Below are positions 1 to 9,373 of a stretch of 64,000 nucleotides of DNA, piece after piece (positions within the stretch are counted from its first letter, which is position 1; every line of letters starts with the position of its first letter). Origin of the DNA: Planctomycetota bacterium (GTDB lineage Bacteria > Planctomycetota > UBA1135 > UBA2386); NCBI GenBank assembly GCA_947501605.1, contig CANMWZ010000001.1, positions 192,001 to 256,000 of the forward strand, read 5' to 3'. Made by a program: the position numbers and the translations under genes. The notes below the pieces were generated by a model. That model was given only the letters and a program-made list of their open reading frames with translations, made no database searches and was not told where the DNA came from.

Positions 1-137
1 TCTCGGCCGAGGAACGCAACGAGCGGTTCTCGGGGCTCCAATCGAGCCCGACGCGGCACGGGTCCGTGCAGCATCACATCAAGAGTCGTGTTGCCGCGAT
101 CCAGGGTGAGCAACATACGCCGGGTGCGAACTGTCGG

Positions 138-1418
138 TCAGCGATCCGGCGCTTCGATGATGCGGTCGACTTCCCGGCCGTCAGACAACAGGCGCAGCAC
201 GAAGGTGCGAACCCCACGATTGTATTGGCGCCTGCCGACGGCGATGGCGTCGGCCTTGGTCGAAACCGGTTCGCCATTCAATGACAGAATCAGATCGTTT
301 GACTGAACGCCGATGCGGGAGGAGATCTCAGGCGCGATGTTCATCACCCGCAAACCGCGAACACCGCTCCCGGTGCGGCTGACATACGTATTCACTTGGA
401 TGCGATCGAGAAACGACTCAGGAGACTCCTGCAGCTTGGTCTGGTCCTGCCTGCTGATCATGACCTGGTTGCCCACCAACCTAGTCTCTTCGACGTCCGT
501 CCAGCGATTGGCCACTGGCGCCGACGACTTCTCCGTGCGCACGTTGCCGCTGCGGTTTGGATCTGTCCGCTGGATCTCGACGACCGCGCGCATGACGTCC
601 TCACTGATCTCCATGGACGACTTGAACAGCTCCTCCTCCGCCGGCGGCGTTGCCTCAGGCGCCTGACCCTCTGCCGTCACCGCTGGAGCCGCGCCTCGGA
701 CGAAGTATGCAGAGCGCGCATCGCCAGCGACGCGAACTAGCCGAATGTCCTGGAACGGGGGCCACAGCGTGGCCTCGTTGCGCGGGGTCCCGGCACCGGC
801 GACCCAGACTCGCTGGAGATACTCTTCCCCAGCTGTAGACGTCGGGACCGGCGTCGCCGTCCCAGGTCGAACGCCGCCGCGATTACCAGCGCCTTGGGGA
901 CGTTGACGCCCAACCCCGTCTGCTGGCCCCGACGACTGGGTGGTGGCGCTCGCGACCTGGTTCTCGAGCAGGTACCAGCTCGGCGGCTGGACGTTTGCTG
1001 TGTCCTTGTAGCGGACGATGACGTGCGACTGGCCGGCCTTGCCGTCGGTCGACGTGTCGCACATCAGCGAGACGAGCTCGATGATCTCGTGAAGCGGGCG
1101 AACGTCCGCGCGCTGAGCTTGCTGGGCTGGGTTAACGACCGGCTGTTCGCTGTCGGGCCTTCGCAGCTCCTTGCCAACGAGGTTGGGGGCTAGAAACCGC
1201 GCCTTCCACGGGGCGGTCTGGTAGTTCCAACTGGAGCCGCTCGGGCCCGTGCCTTTGCCCTCGCTCAACCGGTCCTCCGCATCGCGGCGACCAGTTTCGG
1301 AGATCGCCGTGCGCGCTGCGTTCGTGCTCTCCTTCTGCGATTGGAAAAACGTGTAGCCAGCGAGCCCAAGCAGCCCAGCCGTGGCGACGTACAGAAAGAG
1401 GTTGACCGGCAGTCTCAT
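138..1418 (-). CDS. Membrane-anchored protein with C-terminal PDZ-like domain, GspC-like architecture
   Basis: N-terminal TM (LFLYVATAGLLGLAGYTFF). C-terminal PDZ-like segment GLRVMNIAPEISSRIGVQSNDLILSLNGEPV. Lies downstream of the pilT/U gene. Confidence 0.55.
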   Translation of the reverse strand: MRLPVNLFLYVATAGLLGLAGYTFFQSQKESTNAARTAISETGRRDAEDRLSEGKGTGPSGSSWNYQTAPWKARFLAPNLVGKELRRPDSEQPVVNPAQQAQRADVRPLHEIIELVSLMCDTSTDGKAGQSHVIVRYKDTANVQPPSWYLLENQVASATTQSSGPADGVGRQRPQGAGNRGGVRPGTATPVPTSTAGEEYLQRVWVAGAGTPRNEATLWPPFQDIRLVRVAGDARSAYFVRGAAPAVTAEGQAPEATPPAEEELFKSSMEISEDVMRAVVEIQRTDPNRSGNVRTEKSSAPVANRWTDVEETRLVGNQVMISRQDQTKLQESPESFLDRIQVNTYVSRTGSGVRGLRVMNIAPEISSRIGVQSNDLILSLNGEPVSTKADAIAVGRRQYNRGVRTFVLRLLSDGREVDRIIEAPDR

Positions 1419-1564
1419 CGGCGAGTTCGCATCCTAGCCCTCGGGCGGCCGCGAGGACATAGCACATGTCCGAGCAAGGCATGCGACGCGCAGGCCGGCA
1501 GTTCCTTCCCGCCGGTTCCCGCCGAAGCGACGCCACGTTGACGACTCGACGCCGACTTCGTGCC

Positions 1565-2704
1565 TCAGGACTGGAAAGTGCGGATCTGCCCGCCCTGGGT
1601 GATGCCCCGCATCTGCATCTTGAGTTCGTCGGGGCTATCCGAGGCCACGAGAGCCTCCTCAAGGCTGATGTTGCCGGCCTGGAACAGCCGGATCAGCGAC
1701 TGGTTGAACGTCATCGTGCCGTAGTAGCTGCCTTCGGCAAGCGCCTTTGGCAAGCTGCGGGTGCTGCCCTGCTCCAGCAGTTCGCGGACAGTCGGCGTGT
1801 TGATGAGCAACTCCACCGCTGGGACCATCGCCGTGCCCTCCTTGTTCTTCACCAGGCGAAGCGAAACGACGCCGGCCAAGTTCAAGGCCAGCTGCAGGCG
1901 CACGAGCTCATGTTGGTGCGGCGGGAAGAACGTGATGATGCGTTCCACGGTCTGGACCGCGTTGACCGTATGCAGCGTCGAGAAGACCAAGTGCCCCGTC
2001 TCCGCCGCCGAGATCGCTGCTTGAACGGTCTCCGCGTCACGCATCTCGCCGATCAAGATCACGTCGGGCGACTGTCGCACCGCTTGACGGAGAGCCGACG
2101 AGAAGTCACCGACGTCGACGCCCACTTCGCGTTGGTTCACAATCGAGCGCTTGTCTTCGAAGCGAAACTCGATCGGGTCCTCGATCGTGATGATGTGCTT
2201 GTTCATGTTCCGGTTGACGTACTCGAGCATCGCTGCGAGCGTCGTCGACTTGCCGGAACCAGCGGTGCCCGTAGCGAGCACCAGCCCTCGCTTCATCGAG
2301 GCAAGTCGCTTCAGCGACTCCACCGGGAGGTTGAGTTCCTTGAATGAAGGGATCTCCTCCTTGATGGCGCGAAAGACGAACCCGGTTTCGCCCGACTGGT
2401 TGAACACGTTGCAGCGGAACCGGCCGACGCCGGGCAGTCCAACCGCCAAGTCACACGCACCCGTCGCGCGGTACTCGTCCTTGTGACGATCCGTCAGCAC
2501 CTCCTCGAGGTAGCCACGCATGATGGCGCGAGTGAGCGGTTGATCGCCGACGAATCGGATCACACCCGATTGACGAATCGCAGGGCAACCTCCGGTCTTG
2601 AGGACCAGGTCGGAAGCACCCTCCTTCACCATCATGCGCAAGAAATCGCGCAGCTTGGGTTCGTTGTCCGTGGGTTTCTGCGTGATGACGTTGTCCGGTT
2701 CCAT
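1565..2704 (-). CDS. pilT: PilT/PilU-family type IV pilus retraction ATPase
   Basis: Walker A GTAGSGKST, Asp box TIEDPIE, LRQSPDVILIGEMRD, His box GHLVFSTLHT. ATG 2704 is preceded by GGAGGG. The AIRNLIRE motif reads TVRELLEQ, so it may be PilU/PilT2. Confidence 0.88.
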   Translation of the reverse strand: MEPDNVITQKPTDNEPKLRDFLRMMVKEGASDLVLKTGGCPAIRQSGVIRFVGDQPLTRAIMRGYLEEVLTDRHKDEYRATGACDLAVGLPGVGRFRCNVFNQSGETGFVFRAIKEEIPSFKELNLPVESLKRLASMKRGLVLATGTAGSGKSTTLAAMLEYVNRNMNKHIITIEDPIEFRFEDKRSIVNQREVGVDVGDFSSALRQAVRQSPDVILIGEMRDAETVQAAISAAETGHLVFSTLHTVNAVQTVERIITFFPPHQHELVRLQLALNLAGVVSLRLVKNKEGTAMVPAVELLINTPTVRELLEQGSTRSLPKALAEGSYYGTMTFNQSLIRLFQAGNISLEEALVASDSPDELKMQMRGITQGGQIRTFQS

Positions 2705-2818
2705 TCTTCCCAGCCCTCCGAATCCCGGATCTATCGGCAGGAAGGCACCGGCAATCCTCGCGCGCGACGGATGCGCCGATGCCATGGCCGAAGATGGCGC
2801 GGGGTCCAGGCCCCCGAG

Positions 2819-3835
2819 TCAGCTGTCGCTGTCGGGGGCGCCTTGGCGCTCTTCAGCAATCGCCTGGCTGACGACAATCACGAGATCTCGAAGACCCTTC
2901 TGTGTCGCCGCCGAGATGCGTAGCACTTCGTGCCCCAGCGACTGCTCGAGATCGGACGCACACTGCTCGGATGCCTCGTCCTCGATCTTCGTCGCGACGA
3001 CGATCGACGGCCGCGCTGCCAGCGCTTCCGAGTGTGCCGCGAGTTCGCCGCGCACGGTGCGGTATGCATCCACGGGAGGCTGAAGTGCCAACTCACTGCA
3101 GTCGACGAGGTGCAGCAAAAGGCGCGTACGCTCGATGTGCTTCAGAAACTTGTCACCGAGACCCTTGCCGAGATGGGCGCCCTCGATCAGGCCAGGGATG
3201 TCGGCGATGACGAACGTGCCACCACCCGGCCCCTCGGCAATTCCGAGCATCGGCTCGAGCGTCGTAAACGGGTACCCGGCGATCTTCGGCCGCGCTCGCG
3301 TCAACGTTGCCAACAGCGTGGACTTACCCGCATTCGGCAACCCCAGAAGACCGACGTCGGCGATCAGCTTGAGACTCAGCAGAACGCGGCGATCCTCGCC
3401 CTGCGTCCCCTTCTCCGCTTCCCGTGGCGTGCGGTGAGTCGAAGTGGCGAAACGCGCATTGCCGCGACCACCAAACCCGCCGCGAGCGACCACGAACGGC
3501 TCCTTCGGGTCGATGAGGTCCTTCAGCACGTTGCCGTGCTCGACATCGATCACCATCGTCCCAATCGGAATCTCGAGTACGAGATCGCCCGCCTTCTTGC
3601 CGTAGCAGTCCTTGCTACCGCCCTGATCCCCGCTCTGGGCCGCGAACTGGCCTTGGCCAGTCAAGTGGTAGAGGGTGTTCACGTGCGTCGATGGCTGCAG
3701 GATAACGCTGCCGCCATCACCACCGTCGCCACCATCCGGGCCGCCGCGCTGGACATTCTTGTCGCGCAAAAACGACACGCAGCCGTCGCCACCTTTGCCG
3801 CCGCGCACCGAGATCTGCAGTTCGTCAACGAACAT
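2819..3835 (-). CDS. obgE: GTPase ObgE/CgtA
   Basis: MFVDE..GGKGGDG..GGPDGGDGG Obg fold. G1 GLPNAGKST, YPFTTL, DIPGLIEGA, TKIE. Follows rpmA. Confidence 0.97.
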   Translation of the reverse strand: MFVDELQISVRGGKGGDGCVSFLRDKNVQRGGPDGGDGGDGGSVILQPSTHVNTLYHLTGQGQFAAQSGDQGGSKDCYGKKAGDLVLEIPIGTMVIDVEHGNVLKDLIDPKEPFVVARGGFGGRGNARFATSTHRTPREAEKGTQGEDRRVLLSLKLIADVGLLGLPNAGKSTLLATLTRARPKIAGYPFTTLEPMLGIAEGPGGGTFVIADIPGLIEGAHLGKGLGDKFLKHIERTRLLLHLVDCSELALQPPVDAYRTVRGELAAHSEALAARPSIVVATKIEDEASEQCASDLEQSLGHEVLRISAATQKGLRDLVIVVSQAIAEERQGAPDSDS

Positions 3836-3912
3836 GGCGGCGGGGCGAGCTCTCCTCGGGGCGGTATCGCGCTACACAGGCGCGACGAACAGACGTCAGT
3901 CGAGAGGCGAAC

Positions 3913-4170
3913 TCAGTTGGCGCTGGGCGCCACTGGCTCGACATCGACGCGACGGTTCTTTTGGAACCGAACGACGCCGGGTGCGACCGCAAACAACGAG
4001 TCATCGCCAGCGCGACGGACGTTGCGGCCCGGGGTGAACTTGGTGCCCACCTGACGGACGATGATCGACCCGCTGGTGACAACTTGACCGCCGTAGACCT
4101 TAACGCCGCGAAACTGCGGGTTGCTGTCACGGCCGTTCTTGGTGGAGCCTTGCCCCTTCTTGTGAGCCAT
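3913..4170 (-). CDS. rpmA: 50S ribosomal protein L27
   Basis: [23 protein letters not shown]. Confidence 0.98.
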   Translation of the reverse strand: MAHKKGQGSTKNGRDSNPQFRGVKVYGGQVVTSGSIIVRQVGTKFTPGRNVRRAGDDSLFAVAPGVVRFQKNRRVDVEPVAPSAN

Positions 4171-4190
4171 TGCTGAAGTCCTCTAGGGGA

Positions 4191-4508
4191 TCAGGCGAGA
4201 ATCGCCTCAATCTGGATCTCGGTATAGCGCGCACGGAATCCATTCCGGCGCCGGCTGTTTTTGCGCCGACGGAACTTTCCGATCACCACCTTCTCGGCCT
4301 GGAAGTTCGGCCGCAGGACCTTGGCGGTGACCTTCACCCCAGCGACGTAGGGAGCACCGATGCGACCCAGGCCTTCACCGCCGACGAGGCAGACCTTGTC
4401 GAACGTCAGCATCCCGCCTTCCTGGGCGCCTTCGTGCAGGTGGATCTGGATGCGGTCGCCGGGCTGGACCCGGTACTGCTGATTGCGGTCTTCGACGACG
4501 GCGTACAT
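4191..4508 (-). CDS. rplU: 50S ribosomal protein L21
   Basis: MYAVVE..QQYRVQPGD..IGAPYV..KFRRRKNSRRRNGFR; upstream of rpmA. Confidence 0.96.
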   Translation of the reverse strand: MYAVVEDRNQQYRVQPGDRIQIHLHEGAQEGGMLTFDKVCLVGGEGLGRIGAPYVAGVKVTAKVLRPNFQAEKVVIGKFRRRKNSRRRNGFRARYTEIQIEAILA

Positions 4509-4559
4509 GTAGAAATCCGAGGTTGGGCACGCCGAACTCGGCGTGGGAAAGGGCGGGGC

Positions 4560-4587
4560 AAGATACCGCCCGGCAAGTGGGTTTCAA
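4560..4587 (-). promoter_or_regulatory. Putative sigma70 promoter of rplU-rpmA-obgE
   Basis: Minus strand TTGAAA-16 nt-TATCTT; same -10 hexamer as the rpsJ promoter. Confidence 0.55.
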
Positions 4588-4689
4588 GACCCCCTTTTCG
4601 GGCAGGTCGTCACGTGCAACGGGGAAAACAGGGGGGCCGCGTCGGGGACCACGCGGGGGCCAGCGTGCGCCACCCCCACGTCCCAGTGG

Positions 4690-6795
4690 TCATGCTTTCA
4701 CGCCGAGCCCGGCGGGAATCGCGATACGAGCTGCCTGGCCGTCGCCGGTAAGGAAGCGGTAGTGCACGACATCGATCGGGTAGGTCGGCTCAGGCCGGAA
4801 CACGACCGTCTTCCCGACCGCGTCCTCGAGATCGAGGATCGACCGCCGCTTGTAGTTCGAGAGGTAGTCGTTCACGCCCGGGTTGGCGAACACCTGGAGC
4901 ATCGAGTAGCCCTTGAGATTCAGCAACGCCCGAACTTCACGCAGCACGGAGAGCGCCTTGCTCTGCACGGTGCGCGACCATCCCGACCCCTTGCAGTGGG
5001 TGCACTGCATGAACACGGTGCGCTTGAGGCCTGGCCCGACGCGCTGCCGGGTGATCTCCAGCATGCCGAACGGCGAGATGCGACCCACCTTGATGCGGGC
5101 GCGGTCGCCGCGGAGCTCCTCGATCAGCTTCTTCTCGACGGTGCGCCGGTGCTTTTCCTGCGCCATGTCGATGAAGTCGATGATGATCAGTCCACCGAGG
5201 TCGCGCAAACGCAGCTGCAGCACGATGTCCGGGATCGCATCGAGGTTCGTGCGATACGCGGTCTCGTCGAGGTCAGAGCCCGGCTTGAACTTGCCCGAGT
5301 TGACGTCAATCGCGACGAGCGCTTCGGTTTGGTCGATGACAATCGAGGCGCCGCTCGAGAGATCGACCTTTGGCTGGTAGAGAGCCTCGACGTCTTTCTC
5401 AATGCCAAAGCTGTGGAACAACGGCGTTGTCTGCTCGTGCCGCTTGATCCGATCGGCCATGTGCGGCATCAGCTTTTCGGCGAAGTCGCGGATGCGTAGA
5501 TAGACATCCTCGCTATCCACCACGACCTCAGCAATGTCGGGCGTGAACAGGTCGCGCATCGCCTTCAGAACGAGGTCGGACTCCTGATAGAGCAGGGCAG
5601 GTGCGCGCGTGACCTTGAGTCTTGCTGCGACCATCTCCCAGATCTTCTTGAGGTAGTCGCGGTCGCGCTGCAGGTCCGCGAGTGACTTGTTGACGCCAGC
5701 AGTGCGCACGATGAAGCCAATGCCGCCGTGCCCCGTCTCGTCGAGTTCGCGCACGATGCGCTTGAGGCGCTTGCGCTCCTTCGGGTCCTCGATTTTCCGC
5801 GACACGCCGCACTTCGGCAGACTCGGCATGACCACGAGGCAGCGACCCGGCATCGACACGTAGGTCGTCAGCGTCGGTCCCTTGGTGCCGATCCCTTCCT
5901 TGGTGATCTGGACGACGACTTCTTGCCCTCTCTTGAGCAGTTGGTCGATCGTTGGGCGCTGGCGACGCGCGACCGGCTGGGGCCGTTCGCGGCCGCGGCC
6001 GCGGCGGCGACCGCGGCGACCCTTGACGGCCGCGACGCCATCGCCCGCCTCGGCATTGTCGTTGTCATGGGCAGCATCCGTGCCATCGGGATCGCCCGCA
6101 GCAGCGCCGTCCGTCAGTGACTCCACACCTTCACCGTCGTCGGCTCGGGCTGTCGCGTGACCATCGGCATGGTCTTCGCCGTGCCCGCCTGCTGGTTCGG
6201 CGTCCGAAGGAACGGTGTCACTACCGTGGTCGTCGTGATCGTGGCTGTCGTGGGAATGCGCTTCGTCGCCGGCATGTGGGCCGGCGAACTCAGCGTGATC
6301 TTCAGCATGGTCGCCGTGGTCGTGCCCATCCCCATGCGACTCATGCTCCACACTACCAACCGATTCGGCATGCGCCGTCGGCGAAGTGGAAGCGTGGTCG
6401 TCATCGGCGTGCGCAGGCTCGGCACCATCCGTCTCAGTAGTCGAGGCAGGGCCGTCGTCGTCCTCGTCGTCTGCGAGCGCCTGCTGAACCGACTCCGGTC
6501 CATCATCGACGTCGACACGAGCGCGGCCTTCGATCACATCCTCGAGCTGAAAGTCGGGGCGACCGTAGGCCGGCAACACGTCGCTGACATGCAAGAAGCC
6601 GTTGACGCGACCGCCAAAGCTGACAAACGCCGCGCCGATGCTCGGCTCGATGTTGACAACTTTGCCCTTATAGACGTTACCGAGATAGGCCTCCCGGTTC
6701 GCCAACTCGACGTGCAACTCCTGCAGCACGCCATTCTCGACCACTGCAATCCGGCTCTCCTCCGGATCCAGGGCGTTCACCAACATCCTCTTCAA
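4690..6795 (-). CDS. Rne/Rng family ribonuclease with large disordered insertion in the S1 domain
   Basis: GNVYKGKVVNIEPSIGAAFV, GFLHVSD, VQITKEGIGTKGP, AIDVNSG, RLRDLGGLIIIDFIDM, Zn-link CTHC. TTG start at 6795 with AGGAG upstream. Confidence 0.95.
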   Translation of the reverse strand: MKRMLVNALDPEESRIAVVENGVLQELHVELANREAYLGNVYKGKVVNIEPSIGAAFVSFGGRVNGFLHVSDVLPAYGRPDFQLEDVIEGRARVDVDDGPESVQQALADDEDDDGPASTTETDGAEPAHADDDHASTSPTAHAESVGSVEHESHGDGHDHGDHAEDHAEFAGPHAGDEAHSHDSHDHDDHGSDTVPSDAEPAGGHGEDHADGHATARADDGEGVESLTDGAAAGDPDGTDAAHDNDNAEAGDGVAAVKGRRGRRRGRGRERPQPVARRQRPTIDQLLKRGQEVVVQITKEGIGTKGPTLTTYVSMPGRCLVVMPSLPKCGVSRKIEDPKERKRLKRIVRELDETGHGGIGFIVRTAGVNKSLADLQRDRDYLKKIWEMVAARLKVTRAPALLYQESDLVLKAMRDLFTPDIAEVVVDSEDVYLRIRDFAEKLMPHMADRIKRHEQTTPLFHSFGIEKDVEALYQPKVDLSSGASIVIDQTEALVAIDVNSGKFKPGSDLDETAYRTNLDAIPDIVLQLRLRDLGGLIIIDFIDMAQEKHRRTVEKKLIEELRGDRARIKVGRISPFGMLEITRQRVGPGLKRTVFMQCTHCKGSGWSRTVQSKALSVLREVRALLNLKGYSMLQVFANPGVNDYLSNYKRRSILDLEDAVGKTVVFRPEPTYPIDVVHYRFLTGDGQAARIAIPAGLGVKA

Positions 6796-7235
6796 GGGAA
6801 TCTCCTGGGAAGCGAACACCGCGACGATGCGCGGTGGTCCGGGGAGTCGAGCCACGCGCCATGGCGCGCGCATTCGCGGTCCGAGCTTCTGCCGACGGCA
6901 GGCGGACCGGACGACCCCCACAGAACAAGACCAAAACCGATCCACGGTGCACTCGCCGACAGTCGCGAGCGCTGAACCGCGGCGTGTTCGCCGCAGCGCT
7001 TGCTGCTGGTTCGACCGATTGACAGTGCACCATGGGCATTCCTTGTGGAACGGACCCGCCAGGTGGCGGTCCGAGCCTGCGACCCCCGGCCGCAGGCGGC
7101 GAGATCCTAGGGCTCCGGGAGATCCGGCTCAACGCTACAGTCGCAGCCGTTCGAAACGACCGCGTGCGGAGCTCGCCATAGTCGGCCTGGTTCGCGCGGC
7201 CCAGCCGCTACCCCACCACCAACCAAGACCCGTTG

Positions 7236-7267
7236 TCGGTGGCTGCTCAACCCGAGGCAGCCACCGA
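7236..7267 (-). terminator. GC-rich hairpin just downstream of the secretin stop codon
   Basis: TCGGTGGCTGC/GCAGCCACCGA 11-bp perfect stem; no clear U-tract. Confidence 0.45.
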
Positions 7268-7276
7268 TCGGCCGGC

Positions 7277-9181
7277 TCAGCGGTCCTTGCCGAAGACGGC
7301 GTCGCGCTCGCGACCGAAGTCCTGCATGCGCTCCTTGAGAGCGTTCTGGAAGTGCAGGTCCGTGTCCTCAGCGCTGCGAATCAGGTTCGGCGTGATGAAG
7401 ACGATCAGGTTCGACTTCACGTCCTGCGTCTGCTTGTTCTTGAACAAGTAGCCGAGGATCGGGATATCGCCGAGCAGCGGCAGCTTGATCTCGGTCTCCG
7501 TCTGCGTCTCGCTGACGAGGCCGCCGAGCACGGCGGTCTGACCACTGCGCAGCAGGACCTTCGTGGCGATCGTGCTCGAGCCGACGCGCGGCAGTGCGAT
7601 CGTGCCTTCCTGGCCACCCGAGCCGAGCTGGAAGATGTCGAAGCCAGCCGGCGACGTCGCCGAGCCCGTGCCGGTGCCCGTGAGCGCCGTGCGCTGCGGG
7701 ATGACCTCGAGAATCACCTTGTCCGTGCCCGGGACGACATGCGGCGTTGCCAGCAGCTGGAAGCCGACGTTGACGGGAGAGTCATCGCCTTCTTCGAGCG
7801 CCAGCAATAGGCCACCGGCCTGCCCCTGCTCGACACGCGACTGCGCGTAACGCACGGCTTCGCCAACGAAAATGGTCGCGGGCTGGTGATCCAGTGCGAC
7901 GATCTTCGGTGCCTGCGTGATTTCGGACCGCGCATCCTTCTTCAGCAGACGAAGCGTCGCCGTCACCTGCGTGAAGTCGAGCTTGCCGAACACGACGTTC
8001 GGGACGGTCGTCGCCACGTTGCCGTTGGCCACTGGATCGACGAACGGACCCGTGCCGGTGTCGTTGGCAATCACACTGTCGTCCCAGCCACCAGCGCCCA
8101 AGTCGAACGGCAGGCGCGTCGGAATCTGGCCGAGGCCGAGAATCGCCGTGTAGCCGTTGCCACCTGGTGAGATTCCGATGTCGAGAACGTCCTCGTTCGT
8201 GGTCGTCACGAACTTGATGTCGAGGTAGATCTGGGCCGGCTCGATGTCGATCAGCGCAACGATGCGCTTGATCTCGTCGACGACGGGTCGCGTGTCCTTG
8301 ATCAACATGACGTTCTGAACGTCGTCGTAGTCGATCGTGCCGATTTCCGGGGTCGTCAGGCGCTTGAGCGAATCGAGGAGCGTGAACTCGATGCGATTCT
8401 GCCCCTGACCCTGCTGCATGACGTTGTTGCCCTGACGGTTCTGGACGTACTCCGACGTCAGAAACGGCACGTAGATCGAGCGCGGACGCACGTAGCGCAG
8501 CGGAATCGCCTCGAAGACGAGGTCCTGCTGCACCTTCGCCGAAGAGACCACGCGGAGGATGCCGCGATCTTCCACCACGACAAAGCCAAGCGTCTTGACG
8601 GCCGCGTCAAGTGTATCGCGCCAGGGGATGTTCTTCAGACGCAGCGAGATCTGCCCCTTCACCTCGGGTGCAGTCATGATGTTCGCGCCACTGATCTTGC
8701 TGATCGTGTCGATCACCATGCCGATGTCAGCGTTCTCGAAAGCGAACGTGCAGCGCGGCGGCTTCTCCACCTTCAACACCCCGCCGTCGAGCTCCGTCAC
8801 CACGCAGTCAGCCTGCTCGGCGACGAGATCAAGAGCCTGGCGCCAGTGCACATCGGAGAGGTCGATCGACACAGTCGACTCGATGCCCGGCTCCATGATG
8901 ATGTTGACGTTCGCCTTCCGGCGAATGCTCGCGATGACATCGCGCAGATCGCGGTCCTTCAGGCGCAGCGTGAGCCTGCTGGACCGATCGCCCATCGCCT
9001 GGGTCTCGATGTCATCACCGACACCCTGCGGCTTCTGCGCGGCCGGCTCCTTCGCTGGAACCGGGTCTTGGGGCTTCGGCGCGTCCTGAGCCGGGGAGGC
9101 CGCCATTCCAGCGGCAAGAAGGGCAAGAGCGCCCGTGGTCAACGAACGGCCGAGGGGCCGGAGCCAAGTGAATGCCTGCAT
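7277..9181 (-). CDS. pilQ: Secretin (PilQ/GspD family)
   Basis: Signal peptide, two N0/STN-like repeats, N3-like domain, secretin domain ending SGQTAVLGGL..KLPLLGDIPILGYLFK..LIVFITP. Last gene of the pilMNO operon. Confidence 0.88.
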   Translation of the reverse strand: MQAFTWLRPLGRSLTTGALALLAAGMAASPAQDAPKPQDPVPAKEPAAQKPQGVGDDIETQAMGDRSSRLTLRLKDRDLRDVIASIRRKANVNIIMEPGIESTVSIDLSDVHWRQALDLVAEQADCVVTELDGGVLKVEKPPRCTFAFENADIGMVIDTISKISGANIMTAPEVKGQISLRLKNIPWRDTLDAAVKTLGFVVVEDRGILRVVSSAKVQQDLVFEAIPLRYVRPRSIYVPFLTSEYVQNRQGNNVMQQGQGQNRIEFTLLDSLKRLTTPEIGTIDYDDVQNVMLIKDTRPVVDEIKRIVALIDIEPAQIYLDIKFVTTTNEDVLDIGISPGGNGYTAILGLGQIPTRLPFDLGAGGWDDSVIANDTGTGPFVDPVANGNVATTVPNVVFGKLDFTQVTATLRLLKKDARSEITQAPKIVALDHQPATIFVGEAVRYAQSRVEQGQAGGLLLALEEGDDSPVNVGFQLLATPHVVPGTDKVILEVIPQRTALTGTGTGSATSPAGFDIFQLGSGGQEGTIALPRVGSSTIATKVLLRSGQTAVLGGLVSETQTETEIKLPLLGDIPILGYLFKNKQTQDVKSNLIVFITPNLIRSAEDTDLHFQNALKERMQDFGRERDAVFGKDR

Positions 9182-9373
9182 CTTCGATCCTTTTCCCGCA
9201 GCCGGGAAGTCGGGTTGATTCGCCATTGCGGTCGGCGCCGCAGCGGCACCGACCAGGGGGTCCGTCTCCATCGTCGCAGCGCCTACCAGCCCTTTAGGGG
9301 ATTTGCGCTACAGCGTCGTTCGCTTACGTCGACGCGCGACTGCCGTGGCAGTCGCTCCTTCCTGCTCACGCGC

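Noticed and set aside
1..137. Possible gene start running off the left edge
   Set aside because: Too little sequence to support a call
6677..7132. 151-aa minus-strand ORF upstream of rne
   Set aside because: Overlaps the rne start out of frame; low-complexity Arg/Pro/Gly composition
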